Of a stretch of DNA of 64,000 nt, positions 61,603-64,000 are shown one piece after another (position 1 is the first letter of the stretch; each line of letters begins with the position of its first letter). The DNA lies in the NCBI GenBank assembly GCA_026707665.1, contig JAPOWK010000093.1:12137-76136 (forward strand), read 5' to 3'. Source of the DNA: Chloroflexota bacterium. GTDB taxonomy: Bacteria; Chloroflexota; Anaerolineae; Aggregatilineales; Phototrophicaceae. A program made the position numbers and the translations under genes. The notes under the pieces were generated by a model. That model was not told the DNA's origin. It did not search any database and worked only from the letters and a program-made list of their open reading frames with translations.

Positions 61603-63075
61603 CTACATCGGCCCGATACGCTCGGGACCCCGATAAAGCGTCAGCATGGTCGCGTCAAAGCTGCGCTGCAGCAAATCCAGCTTCAGCCCTTGATGCGCCG
61701 CGCTGTCCCACAGGTCTTCAAACTCGCCCGGGTCGGTCTCCAGGTCATAGAGTTCGCCCAGGTCGTGGTTGTGATAGACGATGAGCTTGTAGCGGCTGTC
61801 GACGTACATGGTGGCGACCGTGGCGGCGGGCATATCCAGCGCGTCTATGAATTCGCAACGCGCGAAATCGCGATGATGGTCTGGTGAGCGCATTCCTCGC
61901 AGGATCGGCAGCAGCGACTTTCCTGTGATGGTGCTCGGGACATCCAAGCCGCAGGCTTCCAGCAGCGTCGGCACAATGTCAGTCAATTCGACCAAGGCAT
62001 TGCTGCGCAGTCCGCTGGCGAACCTACCACGCCAGGACCAGATCAAGGGGACGCGAACCAGCCCCTCGTAAAAGCGACAGCCCTTCTGAATCAAGCCGTG
62101 ATCGCCCAGGGATTCGCCATGATCGCTGGTGAATATGACGATCGTGTTTTCGCCCTGCTCAAATGTATCCAGCGCCTCCATGATCCGCCCCACTTTGTCA
62201 TCAATGAGTTTGATCATCGCATAATAGGCGGCAATCAAGGTTTGCGCATCACGCTCGCCGCCGGTCTCCGGCTCCGCGTAGGACGGAGTGGGCGATTGCG
62301 GCAGGATCGGGCTCTTGATGTCGAGATCATCGGGACGGCGCGCTTCCGACTGAAAATCAATAGCCGCTAGTTTCGCCTGCTGCGCCAGGTCGCTTTCACG
62401 GAACAGCGGCGGCTTTACCTCGCTAGGATCAAAAAGGTCGCGATAGCTCTGCGGCGGATTGAATGGCGGATGCGGATCATAGATGTTGACGCTGGCAAAC
62501 CAGGGTCGATCTTGATTCGCCTCGATGAATTCGATGGTCTTTTCCGCGCACCAGGTCGTCTGATGCAGCTCGGCTGGTACGCCCGCCACGTCTTTGGTCA
62601 GCTCGCCCAGGTCGGCGCCCTGGGAACGCACCCAATCGGCGTAATCGTGCCCGTTCTCCCAGTCATCACGCGGCGCGTGACTGTATTGCCAATAGCTGTA
62701 GCCGTCATCGGTCCGCTTCTCGATCCGACCGTAGGCGCTGGTCATATGCAGCTTGCCGATCAGCCCGCAGGTGTAGCCGGCCTCAGCCAGGCGCTTGCTG
62801 ATCAAGGGCGGGAAATCAGGGAAGGTCGGATTTCCATTGCGGTTGACGTGAATCGAGCTGGGATACATTCCGGTGAGAAAGCTGGCGCGGCTTGGCGTGC
62901 AGATTGGCGCTTGGCAGTACGCCCGTTCAAAGGCGACGCCGGATCGCGTGAGCTGGTCTAGGTTGGGCGTGGACACTTGAGGATAACCCAGCGCAGCGAT
63001 GGTGTCATAGCGCTGCTGATCGGTGCATATCCAGAGAATGTTGGGACTTCTTTCACCTTGATTCATGTCGTCCAC
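61603..63075 (-). CDS. Sulfatase (formylglycine-dependent arylsulfatase family)
   Basis: PNILWICTDQQRYD plus the CTPSRASFLTG sulfatase signature. Confidence 0.85.
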   Translation of the reverse strand: MDDMNQGERSPNILWICTDQQRYDTIAALGYPQVSTPNLDQLTRSGVAFERAYCQAPICTPSRASFLTGMYPSSIHVNRNGNPTFPDFPPLISKRLAEAGYTCGLIGKLHMTSAYGRIEKRTDDGYSYWQYSHAPRDDWENGHDYADWVRSQGADLGELTKDVAGVPAELHQTTWCAEKTIEFIEANQDRPWFASVNIYDPHPPFNPPQSYRDLFDPSEVKPPLFRESDLAQQAKLAAIDFQSEARRPDDLDIKSPILPQSPTPSYAEPETGGERDAQTLIAAYYAMIKLIDDKVGRIMEALDTFEQGENTIVIFTSDHGESLGDHGLIQKGCRFYEGLVRVPLIWSWRGRFASGLRSNALVELTDIVPTLLEACGLDVPSTITGKSLLPILRGMRSPDHHRDFARCEFIDALDMPAATVATMYVDSRYKLIVYHNHDLGELYDLETDPGEFEDLWDSAAHQGLKLDLLQRSFDATMLTLYRGPERIGPM

Positions 63076-63292
63076 CCTTTTGACTTCTGTCAGTCAATTT
63101 AGCCGCAATTCTAATCTTATGTTCAGTCAATCGACGATACAATCTATACATCATCCGATTGAGAGTTTTCCGTCGGTTGACTAATGGAACAGAGGAGCCC
63201 GCATGTTTCGATAGCTGCGACCGCGCGCGCGATCTCCCCCATCATCTCGTGAACCCAGCCGGACAAACGATGTGAAAACGGGAGGAGACAAT

Positions 63293-63742
63293 ATGGTTGA
63301 GATTCGTGATATGCGCAGTCCGGATGTTGATGCCGCGCTACGGATTCGTCTCGAGTGGCTCTCGGCGCAATTCGACGTGACGGAAACGACCGAGTTGGTG
63401 CGAGCCTCTTTCGCGCGCTACCCGGGCAACGAGGCGGCGCCGGCGCTTGTGGCCGCGGACGGCGACCAAATCGTGGGCTACTTGCTCTGCGCGCTGACGA
63501 CGCACCCCACTGCAATCGGCACTGTGGCCGAAATTGACGAACTCTGCGTGACCAAGAGCTATCGCCGACGAGGCATCGGCAGGCGTATGGTGGAAACAAT
63601 ACGCCAGCGGCTCCAGCATTCTGTCGACGATCTGACGGCCATTCAGGCGCGAACCGATCGTGCGGACAAGCCGGCGCAGGCTTTTCTGGACGCTATGGGA
63701 TTCGAGCAATCTACGCTCGAATTCACTGATTACCTCGAATAG
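63293..63742 (+). CDS. GNAT-family N-acetyltransferase
   Basis: The acetyl-CoA site RRRGIGRRMV follows ELCVTKSY. Start ATG 63293 is preceded by GGGAGGAGA. The ORF track begins at 63272. Confidence 0.7.
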   Translation: MVEIRDMRSPDVDAALRIRLEWLSAQFDVTETTELVRASFARYPGNEAAPALVAADGDQIVGYLLCALTTHPTAIGTVAEIDELCVTKSYRRRGIGRRMVETIRQRLQHSVDDLTAIQARTDRADKPAQAFLDAMGFEQSTLEFTDYLE

Positions 63743-63762
63743 TTCGCGGCAACGGGAACAAC

Positions 63763-63788
63763 ATGCCCCTCTCGCGCGGGAGGGGCAT
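63763..63788. terminator. 9-bp-stem hairpin between the convergent GNAT gene and rnpB
   Basis: ATGCCCCTC-tcgcgcgg-GAGGGGCAT. There is no clear U-tract on the + strand and only GTTGTT on the - strand. Confidence 0.35.
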
Positions 63789-63789
63789 C

Positions 63790-64000
63790 ATGTGCCGGGT
63801 CGACGCCGTAAGCCGCATTCTGTCCGTCGAGACGGGGGAATCATCTATCTGGGATCGGCGTCGCCACCGATCTCTAGCGGCGTACCCGGCGCTTTCTACG
63901 GAACGGGCCACTCCCCGGCGCCTGTTTCGCCTTGCTCCCGATGGGGTTTGCCTGGCCATCGACATCGCTGCCGATGCCGGTGCGCTCTTACCGCACCCTT
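63790..64000 (-). ncRNA. rnpB: RNase P RNA (bacterial type A), 3' portion; the 5' part lies beyond the window end
   Basis: The reverse complement contains AAGGGUGCGGUAAGAGCGCACCG, GGCAAACCCCAUCGGGAGCAAGGCGAAACAGG, CCCAGAUAGAUGAUU and GACGGACAGAAUGCGGCUUACGG. These are collinear with the conserved blocks of E. coli M1 RNA as I recall them. The 3' boundary is approximate. Confidence 0.88.

Overview
This is a 64-kb chromosomal segment from a moderately GC-rich bacterium (judged by eye, not computed). The TIR/NACHT STAND proteins, the many glycosyltransferases and the G/C-rich 'CCCCTCC...GGAGGGG' hairpin repeats suggest a Chloroflexota-like filamentous organism; this is inference only. Most of the window is ordinary housekeeping or metabolism: clpB, purB, ugd, iolD plus a PfkB kinase, agmatine deiminase, a P1B-type ATPase, an acyl-CoA synthetase, a PduO-type adenosyltransferase, tRNA-Leu(CAA), tRNA-Lys(CTT) and a partial RNase P RNA at the 3' edge. 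Six accessory regions stand out. (1) 0.86-9.8 kb holds a same-strand cluster: a TIR-NTPase-HEAT giant protein, a translationally coupled TIR-FGE-sulfatase-domain protein, a small protein and a NACHT NTPase. Both NTPase genes are preceded by the same ~75-bp repeat. I read this as a candidate, uncharacterised TIR/STAND conflict (anti-phage or programmed-death) system. (2) 45.56-45.98 kb holds a thioredoxin-fold lipoprotein whose first CxxC cysteine codon is an in-frame TGA (W-U-P-T-C), followed by a hairpin, making it a candidate selenoprotein. (3) Next to tRNA-Lys sit three diverged 315-aa esterase paralogues at an exact 1019-bp period, plus an in-frame deletion remnant. (4) After that array comes a lower-GC orphan membrane-protein gene. 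(5) 52.6-59.5 kb holds a convergent sugar-acid-like cluster with a divergent enolase paralogue overlapping an APH-fold kinase gene. (6) 59.5-60.7 kb is an intergenic patch of nested repeats. No CRISPR array, integrase or transposase was recognised. Every functional call rests on motifs read by eye from the supplied translations; no database search was run.
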